DNA of 63,373 nt, counting the filler, from Reclinomonas americana ATCC 50394 (lineage: Eukaryota), in the NCBI GenBank assembly GCA_048213135.1. It is 36 parts of 36 records of this genome, joined end to end, with 100 filler letters (N's around TTAATTAATTAA, not from the genome) between each part and the next. Parts side by side here need not be neighbours in the genome. Positions count along the whole stretch, not along the records: positions 1 to 1,713 come from AFZH01025278.1; positions 1,814 to 3,523 come from AFZH01025280.1; positions 3,624 to 5,331 come from AFZH01025281.1; positions 5,432 to 7,138 come from AFZH01025282.1; positions 7,239 to 8,945 come from AFZH01025283.1; positions 9,046 to 10,753 come from AFZH01025284.1; positions 10,854 to 12,559 come from AFZH01025285.1; positions 12,660 to 14,366 come from AFZH01025286.1; 28 more parts are not named here. One strand, given 5' to 3'. How positions within the stretch are numbered: position 1 is the stretch's first letter; every line of letters starts with the position of its first letter. Made by a program: the position numbers and the translations under genes. Below, one piece after another: positions 1 to 12,865 of the stretch. The notes beneath the pieces were generated by a model. It worked only from the letters and a program-made list of their open reading frames with translations, had not been told where the DNA came from and made no database searches.

Positions 1-530
1 ACCCATCACTCGCTGCTCTCAAGAGTCTGTCTCAGTGCATCTCTCTGTAAGAGTATGTGCGCGTGCGTGTGTGTCAGGGAGGCACTCTCTATTCATCACT
101 CTCTTTTGCAAGTCTGCTCTCAAAAGCCTCTGTCTCCGTGCATCTCTCTCTCTCTCTGTAAGTGCGCGCGCGCGTGTGTGTGTGTGTGTGTGTGTGTGTA
201 AGTGTGTGTGTCAGGGAAGCGCTCTCTATCCATCACTCTCTATCAAGACTGCCGGCTCTCAAGAGTCTGTCTCAGTGCATCTCTCTTTCTCTCTCGTATG
301 TGTGTGCGTGCGTGTGTGTGTGTGTGTGTGTGCCAGGGAGGCACTCTCCGTCTATCACTTTCTAGTCAGTCTGCTCTCACGAGTCTCTGTCTCCGTGCAT
401 ATCTCTTCTCTCTCTCGTGTATGTGCGTAAATATGTGTATGTCAGGGAGCGCTCTCCATTCTAACTCTCTTAAGATAGTATGTTCTCGAGAGTCTGTCTC
501 AGTGCATCTTCCTCTCTCTCTCTCTCACGA
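1..530. repeat. Degenerate ~110-135 bp tandem repeat with embedded (GT)n/(CT)n
   Basis: CAGGGAGGCACTCTC-like motif near 75, 212, 334, 443, each followed by a CTCTCAAGAGTCTGTCTCAGTGCATCTCT-like block. Confidence 0.7.
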
Positions 531-548
531 TGTGTGATGATGACAAAC

Positions 549-718
549 CTCGGCAAACATCTGCAACACGGGCGGCGACAAGTGGTGCGGCACCACGGTC
601 TCGGCGTACTTGGACGACTCGCACAGGTGACGAAGGCATTCGGCGGCGGCGCAGGCAATGGAGGCGGAGTAGGGCATGCTGCTGAAGGAGCGGAGGATGC
701 CGTGGCAAATGGGCTCCA
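549..718 (-). CDS. Internal exon of an unknown helical (possibly ARM-like) protein
   Basis: cag|TG GAG CCC...GCC GAG|gtttgt; VEPICHGILRSFSSMPYSASIACAAAECLRHLCESSKYAETVVPHHLSPPVLQMFAE, between low-complexity introns. Confidence 0.5.
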
Positions 719-1713
719 CTGCGAGAGAGGGAAAAGGGGTGAGATGGGGAAGTAAGGAAGGGGAGGAAAAAGGGGAGAGGAGCGAGGCGGGAGGAGCGAA
801 GGAAGAAGAGCAATGGAAGGGGGACGAGCAAAGGGGACGAGAGCAAAGGAGGAAGAGCAAGAAGGAAGAGCAAGGGGCGAAGAGCAAGGGGGAAGAGCAT
901 GAGGCGAAGAGCAAAGGGGGAAGAGCAAAGGGAGAAGAGCAAAGGAGGAAGAGCAAAGGAGGAAGAGCAAGGGGGAAGAGAAAAAGGAGAAGAGCAAAGG
1001 GCGAAGAGCAAGGGGGAAGGGCTACGGGAGCAGAAACGAACGGACAGAGAAGGCGAACAACCCGAAGAGAGACTGTGCAGAGAGCGGATGAGAGAAAGAC
1101 AAATTGGTGCAGGGCGAATGAAGAAGAAGATGAGGGTTAGAAATGTACAAAGCAGCATTGGAGGAGCACCGTGAGCGAGTGCGTGAGTGAGAGAGGAGAG
1201 AGGGAGCCCGGAGCGGGTGCAGATCATCGAAGTGGATGCAAACGCAGACTCTTGAAAGGGAGGAGTACCAAGTAATGATTGAGGAACAAGCACTGACAAG
1301 CTGCGACGAATACGCCAAGATAACCCGACAGCATGGGAATACCAGAGGCAAACCCCGGAAAAACTGTGCACACAACTCTACCTCTCTGCTCTCTCACGCA
1401 CTCACAGAAACTCTCTCACTCATTGCTTGTCTCGCACATAGTCTCGCACTGAAAAAGATGCGACAAAGTGTTCGCTGGTCATCACACACGCCAAAATATG
1501 CGACAGCGCGTGATTGCAGAGTCAGAGACAAGGAGTGGCGAGACACTCCTCGCCCGAACACAAACACTCTCTCTTCTCTCTCAAGCACACAAAACAAGCA
1601 CACTTGAATGTCAACGATTGTGAATGCGCGTCAAGTTAAGCACCTCTTAACCTTCCTCTTCATGCTCCCCACTCTCTATGCACAGACACACATGCTCTCT
1701 CTCTCTCTCTCTC

Positions 1714-1813
1714 NNNNNNNNNNNNNNNNNNNNNNNNNNNNNNNNNNNNNNNNNNNNTTAATTAATTAANNNNNNNNNNNNNNNNNNNNNNNNNNNNNNN
1801 NNNNNNNNNNNNN
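1714..1813. other. Artificial contig linker N44-TTAATTAATTAA-N44 (first of 35 identical spacers)
   Basis: Identical 100-nt spacer with stops in all frames recurs about every 1.7-1.8 kb; contigs are mostly in decreasing length order. Confidence 0.98.
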
Positions 1814-3388
1814 GAAGAACGAGAGAGAAAAGAAACGTGAATTGCTCACCTGCTCAGTATATATGTGAGACACAAGAACACAGTCGGCGTAGAGGCGGAC
1901 AGGGAGAGATCTGAATGTGATGCTGGAGCGCGCCAGTGCGAGGCACATGCACACATCTCGTCGCCACGGCGCTCCGTCTCGCACAACACAATGGACAGAT
2001 GGTGCGATGGCAGGCCTCATTCCCCTGCGACATGAGAGCGCATGTGTGAGCAAAGAAAAAAGCAGAGCAGCCGGCACTCGTGTGGCACCACCACAAGCAC
2101 ACACCGATCGACAGAAAATGTGTGTGGGCATATTCGAGCAGTCAAGGGACACCGCAGCAAGTGACAGGATGCCGCCCAGCAGCACCTGCTGCAGTAGAGC
2201 ATGTGGACCAGGCGAGTCGAAATGCGTACGTCCCACATCTGTCGCAGAAGTGGCATCATGCGTGTCAGTGCATGCCCATGCTGGTCGCTCCACCCAACCT
2301 CAAATCGCACACAATCCTCCTCTCTCTCTCTATCCACTCCTCTCACCCTCCCGTCAACTCACCCCGCACGTGTGTATCGTCGAACGCCACCAGCATCACC
2401 AGTTGCTGTGGAGGAGTGCGTGACGGTCGATCAACGCAGAGCCACCAACAGCAAGAACAAGATGCGCCACATTGCGAATCCGGCGGTGGCCGACGACTGG
2501 CTCACACGAGCTCCCATCGACATCACGCCGGCTGACAAGCGACGGTCGAATGGTACCGCTCTCACACAGAATCATCGCCTGCAGGCGGAGAGCGCGATAA
2601 AGTGAGTGTGGGCGCAGAATTGGGCGAAAAAGGAGGGCGTAGAGAGTGAATCGGTGAATCTGAAGCGAGAGGGAGAGGTGGGTGGAGGAGACAGAAGAAG
2701 GCAACGGTGGCATGGCGGACAAGGGAGAGAGGAGGGAGAGGGGTACAGAGACAGGCAGAGTACGGGCAAGAGGAGGATGAAGACGGAAGGGGAGAGGGAA
2801 GATGCGAAGGAGCAGAAGAGAAAGCAGAGGGCAAAGAGAAGGAAGAGGCGTGAAGACGGAAGGGAAAAAGAAGACGTGAAGGAAGGGAAAGGGAAAGGGA
2901 AGACGCGAAGGAAGAGGAAGAGACAACAACAGAGCGATGATTCAACGGGAGAGAAGATGGAAGGAAAGGGAAGACGCAAAGGAAGAGAAGCGGAAGGGGA
3001 AAAGAGGCAGAGACAACAGAGCGATGATTCAATGAGGGTGAAGACGGAAGGGAAAGGGAAGACGCGAAGGAAGAGAAAGCGAAAGAAAGGGGCGGAGGGG
3101 GAAGAGAGAAGGAAGAGGTAGAGATAACAAAGCAATGATTCAACGAGGGTGGAGAGAAGAGAGAGAGGCGATTGCATGAACGCACAGAGGCACATCCATC
3201 TGTCACTCTGACCAGAGCCAAGGATGAGAATGGAAGGGCAGAAAGAGAGAGAGAGAGAGAGGAGGAAGAAGAGAACGCAGGAGGAGAACGAGTGTGGTGG
3301 GGATTTGATCAACAGACGCAATGAGACTCATCCACGACGCATACACACGCTCCCTCACAAGAATGAGAGGGCGGGAGCGCGCGCGGGC

Positions 3389-3523
<135 letters not shown>

Positions 3524-3710
3524 NNNNNNNNNNNNNNNNNNNNNNNNNNNNNNNNNNNNNNNNNNNNTTAATTAATTAANNNNNNNNNNNNNNNNNNNNN
3601 NNNNNNNNNNNNNNNNNNNNNNNCCTCGTCGTCTCTCTCTATCTGTGTCACTAACGTCTCTACTTCCCTCGGTCTCGGTAACCGTACTACTCCGGTCCGT
3701 TCGGCGTACG

Positions 3711-3748
<38 letters not shown>

Positions 3749-3751
3749 CAC

Positions 3752-4590
3752 TTTCTGAACTGTGCTGCCACTCCTGTGCCATCCACGAGACCGCATGTGC
3801 CTCCAGCAAAGGTGGTCACGGTGGCCGCAGGTGTGACGCGTCGAATGCGACAGTTGCTACCATCATCGCGCGCATGCACATGAGTGAGAGAAGGACACAA
3901 GAAGAGCGTGCATGACAAACCCGTAATCGCCCACGTAAACGTTGCCTGTGGCGTCAAAGGCCAGTCCCTGTGGAGAGAGCATACACTCATCGTGTCAGCG
4001 AAAGGGCACGACAGGAGCAGCATGGACACTTGTCGTGCACAAACCATTGGCGTGTTGAACAACGCGCTTGCTCCAACACCGTCTGTCGTTCCCAAGGTGC
4101 CTGCGGTGCCCACAAAGGTGGAGACAGTGGAGGAGGACGCACCCATGGCAGCCGAGTAAGGAGACCACTCAAAGGAGTTTGAGGTGCCGCCGGCGACATT
4201 GTTGGGATTGACCCAAGCATTCAGCGTTGCGGTGGTGCCAGTGGCGGTGTTGGCAACGGCGGTGGTCACTGTCTGGGCGTCTGTAATGACGAATGTAAAA
4301 GCAGGTGGCGTGAGAACATGTGACGGGCGAGAGGGCAAAGGGGCCTGAAGAATTGACTGAATATGAGACAGTCAGCGAGGGGCAGTGTCGAGATATAGAA
4401 CACGGAGGCGAGAAAGAGTGAGTCAGGGTTCAGGGAAGTGTCTACTTCTCTATATTTTAAAGGAGTGCGTGCACTCTGGATCTGCTGTGCACGTGTGCGC
4501 CAGTTTGCGTGCCACTCAACTTGTCGTGACAGCCAGCGCCAGGACGAGCACGTAGACGATGAGCGTGACGCTGAAGAGGAGCACGCGCAT
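3752..4590 (-). CDS. Secreted NHL-repeat (beta-propeller) protein, 5' part, 4 exons
   Basis: Signal peptide MRVLLFSVTLIVYVLVLALAVTT|NAQ (intron 4281-4520), then TVSTFVGTAGTLGTTDGVGASALFNTPM|GLAFDATGNVYVGDYG|NCRIRRVTPAATVTTFAGGTCGLVDGTGVAAQF, a typical NHL/teneurin-like repeat. Confidence 0.8.
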
Positions 4591-5273
4591 GATGACAGAG
4601 TGCGTGAAACGGCGTGGGAACTGCTTTTGGCGCCAAATCATTCCGTTCCAATCAACGGGCATTATCAATTTCGTTGTTTAGTGTGGTGCGTGCGGCCCTC
4701 TGTTGCTCACTCACCCTCAGAGTGAGTTGTCTGTAGAGGAGAGCGCGTGCGTCTTTGTGCAACGTGAGCGCGATTGTGTGTGAGTGAGTGAATGCACGCA
4801 AGTAGTCGTTGCAAAAAGACGCGTGCCATTTCACACACTCTAACACACACACGCTCTCTCTCACTGTGTGTGTGTGTCTGCTCGAGTGCGTGTGTGTGTG
4901 TGTGAGAGAGAGAGAGACAGAGAGAGAGATTCGCATTTGAGTGGGCGTTGGTCGCATTCGCGCTGACTCACACGCTCTTCTGTTGTTGTTGCAGAGCTCG
5001 TTTGTGTTCCATGACGACGCCGACTACACAAAAGGAGATCTACACGTATGATGTTGCGTTGTGTAAAGGGAGGGAGGGAAAGGGAGAGAGGAAAGGGAGA
5101 CGAGTGCGTCTCTGTGTCTCTCACTCTTCTGTCTCTCTTTCTCTCTCTGTATGAGTTCTGGCTCTCTCTCTGTGAGTGTGCTTGTGCATGTGTGTGTGTG
5201 TCTGTGTGAGAAAGTGTGGAAGATAATGACTTTGCGTGCATGTGTGCTTGTGCGCGTGTTTGTGAGAGTGACA

Positions 5274-5331
<58 letters not shown>

Positions 5332-5537
5332 NNNNNNNNNNNNNNNNNNNNNNNNNNNNNNNNNNNNNNNNNNNNTTAATTAATTAANNNNNNNNNNNNN
5401 NNNNNNNNNNNNNNNNNNNNNNNNNNNNNNNAATATTCGCTTTCTGGATAGGCGCGACTGATCGCGGATCGTACTGATCTTGGGAGCTTCGGGTGACCGG
5501 AGCCGCAAGATTCGATGATCTGTGAGGTGCCGGCTCG

Positions 5538-7138
5538 TTGGGGGGCGGCGGCACCCGAACGAGAAGTCGTGCCGACCTGATGCTGGAAACAAGCTCCTCC
5601 TCCTGCACCGACAACCGAAATAGCTGCTATGGCCGCGCATGCGTCCTGGCCTTCTGCGGTTCACAATTCTTCCTGCTGGCAGATGTGGACCCCGTGCGGG
5701 CGAACTGCGTTCATGGCGCCGTCAACACGGCGTGCGACAGCTCGCCTCCGAACCCCTTCACCGCGACCATCGGCTCCGGCAACAACGCCGGCATGGACAA
5801 CCGCACCGCGACGATTGGCAATGGTGCCGTCGTCGCAACCGGCAACGCCAGTGCCATCAGCCTGCGCGACAACAACACGGTCACGGTCCAGACCGATGGC
5901 ACCGTCAGGAACGCGGCGAGCAGCGGCGCCGGCAATTACGGCGCCGGTCGCAATACCATCGAGTTTCGCAACGGCGGCATGCTCATCGTCGAACAGGGTG
6001 GGCAGGTGCTCTCCCAGGGAACGCAGGGCTCCGCCGAAGCGGTCAACCTGATGGGGACCGGCAACACGATCATCAACAGCGGCACGATCGCCGCCACCAA
6101 CGCCGCGGCGATCTGGTTCGAGAGCGGCACGGCTACCAACACGATCATCAACAACCAGACCGGGATCATCCGCGCGCCGGGGAATGTGATCGGCTCCTCC
6201 GGCAACGCCTCGGTCAATTTCAGCAATCGTGGCCGTGTCGAAGGAAATCTGGTCTTTGCCGGCGGCAACGATACCCTGCGGCTGTTCACCGGCTCGGTGA
6301 TCACCGGCAACATCGCCGGCGGGGCCGGCAATGACAGCATCTTCCTCGACGGCACCGGTACTGCGACCATCCCCGGCAACCTCACCGGTTTCGAGGCGCT
6401 GACCAAGAGCGGAAGCGGCACCTGGACGATCACCGGCACGATCAGCGGGCCGACGGTCACTGCCGTCGAGGCCGGCACGTTGGTCCTGACCGGGAACAAT
6501 ACGACCTACAACGGGACGATGCGGGTCGACCCCGGTGCCACATTGGAGGCACGAGCCCAGAGCCTGCCGCCGACGGTCAGCAATAACGGCCTCGTGCGCT
6601 TCACCCAGCCCGACAACGGCAGCTATGCCGGGCCGATCTCCGGCACGGGCCGGGTCGAGAAGACCGGTGACGGCATACTGACACTGGCCCCGGTGGCGCC
6701 AGGCGGAAACAGCTATTCCGGTGGTACGACGATCTCGGGCGGCACGCTGGCGATCGCGCGCGATGCGGCGATCGGCGCCACAAGTGGTGGGCTGACCTTC
6801 AATGGCGGCGCGCTGCGCTATGACGCCGCCTTCGGCCTCGCCGCGACGCGAGCGACCACCATCACCGCTGCCGGCGGCACGATCGACACCAACGGCTTCA
6901 CCGCCACGATCCCGCAAGGGATCACCGGCGAAGGCGCGCTGACCGTCGACGGGCCGGGCAGCCTGATCCTGACGGGCGCCAGCACCTATGCAGGCGGCAC
7001 CACCATCAACGCCGGCGCCAATCTTCAGCTGGGCAATGGCGGCACCGATGGCAGCATCGTCGGCGATGTCGCCAACAACGGCACGCTCGCCTTCAACCGC
7101 AACGACACCAGCACCTTCGCAGGGATGATCTCGGGCAC
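5538..7138 (+). CDS. Bacterial autotransporter passenger domain with autotransporter-associated beta-strand (PATR) repeats, partial; start uncertain
   Basis: Intronless, high GC3, G/T/N-rich; repeats SGTGRVEKTGDGILTL..NSYSGGTTISGGTLAI and GEGALTVDGPGSLILTGASTYAGGTTINAG; proteobacterial style, probably a co-cultured bacterium. Confidence 0.9.
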
Positions 7139-7380
7139 NNNNNNNNNNNNNNNNNNNNNNNNNNNNNNNNNNNNNNNNNNNNTTAATTAATTAANNNNNN
7201 NNNNNNNNNNNNNNNNNNNNNNNNNNNNNNNNNNNNNNCAGCGAGCACAGAAAGACGACACACACAACACGACGACAGCAGAGACAGACCCGGCGCGCAG
7301 ACTATGATTCCTCAAATGTCCGCCGGGTAACAAAACCCGGCTGTGTGTCTTTGTGTTTCTCGTGTCCTCGGAGCGCTCAC

Positions 7381-8735
7381 ATGACTTTGCGTGAATTTCT
7401 CCTCGCGACTGTCGTGCTCATTGCACTGTGTTGCACTGCCAACGTGGCGCGCGCGCAAGGCCTTCGCGGTAACGATCATGATCGCATGCTGTCGCTGGAG
7501 GCGGAGGAGATCATGCGAGCGAAGCTGGAAGCGATCAGTCGCGTGCCAGTGGAGCCTGTGCAAGACGATGAGGTCGAGAAGGCCAACTTGGATGCCATGA
7601 CAGCCACGTGGAACAGTGCTTTGAACGGCGTGGGGGACCACAATCTGACTCTGACTTGTGGCGCACCTAATGGTGCGTCTTCATCTGTGCCATGCAGCCT
7701 TCTCCTCTCCTCACCTCACCTCACTGTGCAGGTGGTCTCTCGATTGCACTCGCGCAACGCTTGCTGGCGTACTCTGCCGTGGCCTACTGCCCACTTCCGT
7801 CTATCGAGCAATGGACGTGTTCGTCGTGCCAGGCGGCCGCTAGTGGCGCCGACGTGGGGCTTGGGAAGGTGTACTTTGTGACGGTGACATTGTCAGGGCT
7901 GTCGTACAAGCTGCAGAGCGTTATTGTGGTGGACAAGACGCGGAGGACCAGTTGCGTTTTCGCCTCTCACGTGAGAGAGAGAGAGAGACAGTTGTCTTTC
8001 TGCTTTCTCTCGTTGTCGCTCTCTGTGCGTCACTCACCACTCATCGTCTCCGCAGTCGTGTTGGCCTTCCAAGGCAGCACGGGCATCACCATGGCAGCAC
8101 TGGAAGAGCTGGAGAATCAAAATCTAGTCGACGTGTCGCTGATTATTCACAGCCCGAAGGGTCCCCAGACAGGCATTTGCATCGGCGCTTTTTGGTTTCA
8201 GGCTTTTTCGGCCTTTGTCTCTACCACGCCCATGGTAACCGACCTGGTCACGACCCTGGCCGCATACCCGACTTTCCAGCTGTATGTCACTGGCCACTCG
8301 CTGGGCGGCGCCATTGCACACGTGACGGCCACGTATCTCCTTACGCCGCCTGCCTTGGTTCAGGCGAACGCTATCGTGTACACGTACGGCATGCCTCGCG
8401 TCGGCACTTACAATTACGCTTCCACAAGCAACCTCTTGCTTGCCACCATCAACCGCGTGACGCATGCCGCGGACCCTGTGCCACAGTATCCAGCGTGTGA
8501 GAAAGTGCCGTTTGCACCGCGCACGTGCTCAGCGCTGCACGCAAAGACGAGGTACTACCATTCGTCGTACGAGATGTGGTTCCCCGATGCGGAGATGAGT
8601 GGCGGCTACGTGGAATGCAAGGGGTTCCCATGCGGCGAGGACTTGACTTGTGTTGACAGCGAGGACCCACACATCATCCTCGACGTTGGCGACCACTTGA
8701 CGTACTTTGGCCACCGCGTTGGCAACTGGTGCTGA
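7381..8735 (+). CDS. Secreted class-3 (fungal-type) triacylglycerol lipase, complete, 3 exons
   Basis: Signal peptide; introns 7673-7731 and 7951-8055; motifs VLAFQGS, YVTGHSLGGAIA, YTYGMPRVG, RVTHAADPVPQYP, DHLTYFG; TGA stop. Confidence 0.93.
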
Positions 8736-10528
8736 GAAGGTGCGGTTGTGACTGGGTATGGAGGTGCTCGTACAATGAAGCGCAGTCTTGTTTCGAATTC
8801 TGAACATGTGGCGAGCTAGTGTGTACGTGTCCCCTGATCAGGACAACTCCAGCCACAATGCTCGAACGGCCTGCTTACGCACAACAGGGCCACCTGCAAG
8901 ACATGCTGCACGTCACGGCTGCCACCACTCCGCGCAAGCTTCGCCNNNNNNNNNNNNNNNNNNNNNNNNNNNNNNNNNNNNNNNNNNNNTTAATTAATTA
9001 ANNNNNNNNNNNNNNNNNNNNNNNNNNNNNNNNNNNNNNNNNNNNAGAGAGAGAGAGAGACAAGAGAAAGAAGGGCGAATGAGAGAGTGGGGAGGGAGAG
9101 AGAGTCAAGGGAGAGAGACTGTGCACATGTTGCGGTTGCATTCCCAGCCAATCGCACAAGCAAAAGAAGTGGGGCGCAAACAAGCAGGCAAGGGAGAGAG
9201 AGAGAGAGAGAAGGAAGAGAGAGAAGGCGGAGAGAGTAAGGATACAAGAGAGTGAGAGAGAGAGGAGAGGATGTGAGCCACCAGCAACAGATGCCTTTCC
9301 CACAAAGACACATGTGTGTGTGTGTGTGAGAGAGAGAGAGAAGGGCGAGGGGTAACACATCAATGCCTTCCCCACATAAGCAAGAGACACAAGAGACACA
9401 CAATGAGCAAAAGAAAACAGACGCCAGTCCACCCACGCTCCACCAGCGCGCCTTCAACTCAACCCACGAACACGAAAAAAAACAAAAAACGCAAATGCAT
9501 CAGACAAGCTAGCTCACACACAAAAGCAAAGCGCAAAATAGCCATGTCGCACACCATCGCTCTCTCTCTCTCTCTTTGCGCACACACACACGCTCACCTT
9601 CTTCTCTCCCTTGCGCACATTCTCGAATCCTTTATGTGTGTAAGAGTGAGACAGTGAGTGAGACAGAGAGAGAGAGGGGAAAAAGCAAGTGACACAACGA
9701 CACAACGTACCAATCTTCTCGTCAGACATTGTGTGTGCGTGTCTGTGTAAGAAGGTGTGTTAGTCATGAGGCAAGAGCGCGCGCGAGAGAGAGAAGGAGA
9801 GGAGACACGTGTGTGTCAATGCGGAGAATGTGTGTGTGTGTTTGTGTGTGTTTGTGTGTGTGAGAGAGAGAGGATGAGTGGCACAGAGACGCGTTTGTGA
9901 GCGAGTGAGACAAGAGATGTGTGTGCGTGTGTGTGAGAGAGAGACAGTGAGAGAAAGTGACAAGTGGAGACACACGCAGACAAGAAAGAGAGACACGTGA
10001 GATCTGTCTCTTGCTCTCTCTCTCTTGTGTGTAGAATGTGACACTCGGCAAGCAAAGGCGTGTGTCGCTGCTCACCACCAAAACACTGATATGAGAATGA
10101 AGAGAAGTTGGTTGATCGGGCAATCCGTCTGTCAGCTTTCTCACAGCGGGGCTCATTGTGTGCACCATTTGCGTCGCGAAGTGTGTTGCTGTGGTGAGCC
10201 GCGCGCGTGCGGGAGAGGAGAGCTTGATTCGCGCGGTGCCTTTTTTTTATTTTTATTTTTATTTTTTGCGAAACGTCGAACGTCGACATGTTGTTGCACA
10301 GAGCAACACAGATCGCGCTTATGCACCAGTGGCATGCGCTTTGTGCATGATACGCGCATTACACTACACTGCGACTGAGGACATGTGTGGAATGAACGTC
10401 GCATGACAAACTAAAGATTGCCGTCTCGCGTCGAGAGGAGGAGTCCACTTGCTTCTTCTCCCTCCTTTTCCTCTTCCTCCTCTTGCACCTCTTCCTCTCT
10501 CGTGTGTCTCTGACTCTGTCTCACGATC

Positions 10529-10686
10529 ATGGCATCCGGTGAATCATCAGCAGCAGTGTCTCTCAGCGCATCCTCCTCCTCCTCTTCCTCCTCAGCACCA
10601 CCACCACAACAACAACAATCCTCCTCCAAAGCACCTCCAAGTGTGCCAATCCGCGTCGGTCTCCTCAGTCTTGACAAGAAGATTCG
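10529..10686 (+). CDS. Probable first exon of an unknown protein (S/P/Q-rich N-terminus)
   Basis: MASGESSAAVSLSASSSS...PIRVGLLSLDKKIR|gtgagc; weak resemblance to the N-terminus of ATP-grasp inositol phosphate kinases. Confidence 0.35.
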
Positions 10687-10957
10687 GTGAGCGTCCACAC
10701 ACGCACACACGCACACACACACACTTGCACACACACTTGCACACACACACACANNNNNNNNNNNNNNNNNNNNNNNNNNNNNNNNNNNNNNNNNNNNTTA
10801 ATTAATTAANNNNNNNNNNNNNNNNNNNNNNNNNNNNNNNNNNNNNNNNNNNNTCTCTCCTCCCCCCCCCTCCCTCTCTCTCCCCCTCTCCCTCTCCTTT
10901 CCCCCTTCCTCCCCCTTCCTCCCCCTTCTTCCCCATTCTTCTCCCCCTTTGACACAG

Positions 10958-12559
10958 ACCTCGGAGGTCCTCAACAGCGGGCTTCGAGGATTCGCCAGCG
11001 CGATGACATCCGTGCAATCGAGTCGGCAGCTACTGGCCGACATCCAAGCGGGGGAGAAGGCCGACAATATGGACATGCTGCGCAGTCGGCTCGGCCACCT
11101 CATGAAGGACAGTCGCGGCGTTCTGTTACTCGACAACGTCGGCCACTGGAGTCAAGTCGTGGATGTGGTGCGACGTGTAGGCGTCTGCGGACTCGCCCCT
11201 GCAGGTGCGTGTCTGTCTGATGTGTGTTTGTGAGTGAGTGAGCACGAAATGCTCGACATTGCGGACAAGTACACAGCGCAGTACAGTGGGTAGGCACACC
11301 GCTCAAGCTGGGTGACAGGGAATGAGAGAGAAAGAGCATTCACCGTGATTAGTGGATTCGAGTCTTGTCATTTCCTCCTTTTTCTCGTTTTCTTGTGTTG
11401 CTTTCAAGTTGGACTTCATGGTTGACTGATTATCTTGGTTTGTTCCGTCTCGTCGCAGGTTCCCTGTTGATGGCCGCCCCGCTGGTGATCGTGACCACAC
11501 GATTCAAGCAAGTGGCCGAAGAATTGCAGCGCTCCGCCCTGTTGAGCTCGGCAGTAGTGCTTCACATGTCGGTGGGCGAGGTGGAGGCCGACGATGTGGC
11601 GCAGTATGTGCGCCAGCAGATGGAGGCGCCGGAAGAAATTTGCCGCGAGGTGACGGCAGCGGCACTGGACAAGCCACAGGCATTCCGTGTGGCTCTCTTT
11701 GTGAGGTGCGTGTGTCTCTTCTGCTCTATACATGCATGAAAAACTCAAGTGACATGTGTTATTTGCAGGATGCTCGCTCGACTGTCACTGGAGACCTTGG
11801 CGACACGTCTGGCCGAGACGCGAGCACTGTCGCTGGAAGAGCTGCTGACCGAAAGTCTGGCTCAATGCACGCCGCTGACGCGGCACGTGCTGATGTTGGT
11901 CGCGGGATTGCAGCAGAGGCGAGTTCATGCGACGGCTCGGACGGTGTCGTTGCTGGTTCGGTTGGCTCTGCGTGGTGCTCCATCAACCGGCGTCAACTCG
12001 TGGCTGCAAGACATCGAGGCCCGAGAAGGCGACGGTGAAGGCGACGTGGTGGAGGCGCTGGAGTTGCTTCAGCGGTCAATGTTGGTACAGTCCACTTCGG
12101 CAGAATCGTGCGACGCGTTGTATCGCATGGTGATGTTGACTGGCGGGGAAGTGCTGCCGTCAACGGCGCAGTATGGGGTGCACGACGTCGTGATAGAGTG
12201 GCTGACAGCAGGGGATCCTGACCTTCATCTGTTTGCACCGTATCGTGAGATGGTGTTGAGTTGTGTTCTGTGTGGACTGGTGCGTACTGACGAGCATCGC
12301 ATCAGCGATGACATCCTGTGCGATATTCGACCGTGTCTGCGAGTGATGTGGAACGAGCTGCCATCACTGGTACAGCGCCTGTGGGACGAAAACAGCGGCA
12401 CATCGCTTGCTGTGGCAAAGATGCGATTCGACGGCATGTCGCGCTTGGCGCGGTTGGTGGAGAGGCGCCTTCCCGTCCGCGATTTCAGTGCAGATGTGGC
12501 GGTGGCGGCTGCAACGTGGCTTCATGAGCAGAGCAGTGACGGGGTGGACCGCAGCGTTT
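10958..12559 (+). CDS. STAND NTPase, NB-ARC/AP-ATPase-like, partial
   Basis: Spliced exons give Walker B GVLLLDNV, sensor-1 LVIVTTR, a degenerate GxP region (DKPQAFRV), winged-helix ALELLQRSMLV and MHD-like YGVHDVV, in the expected order; P-loop lies off-contig. Confidence 0.7.
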
Positions 12560-12865
12560 NNNNNNNNNNNNNNNNNNNNNNNNNNNNNNNNNNNNNNNNN
12601 NNNTTAATTAATTAANNNNNNNNNNNNNNNNNNNNNNNNNNNNNNNNNNNNNNNNNNNNGCAATCTTCTCCGTCGCTAGAAAAGAGTAGGTAAACGGCGG
12701 GGAGGGTGTTGTAATAACAGCGGCACAGGCACATATGCAATACACAGAGCGCACACAAAAACGCCGAGTGGAAGGGAGGTATGGAGAAGGGGAACGAAAA
12801 AAAAACACACACGCATTGCAGGCACACCAGCCACATTGACACACACATATGGATGCGTGCGGTCT

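Noticed and set aside
5629..6917. Overlapping alternate-frame and antisense ORFs inside the autotransporter
   Set aside because: Expected shadow ORFs in high-GC bacterial coding DNA.
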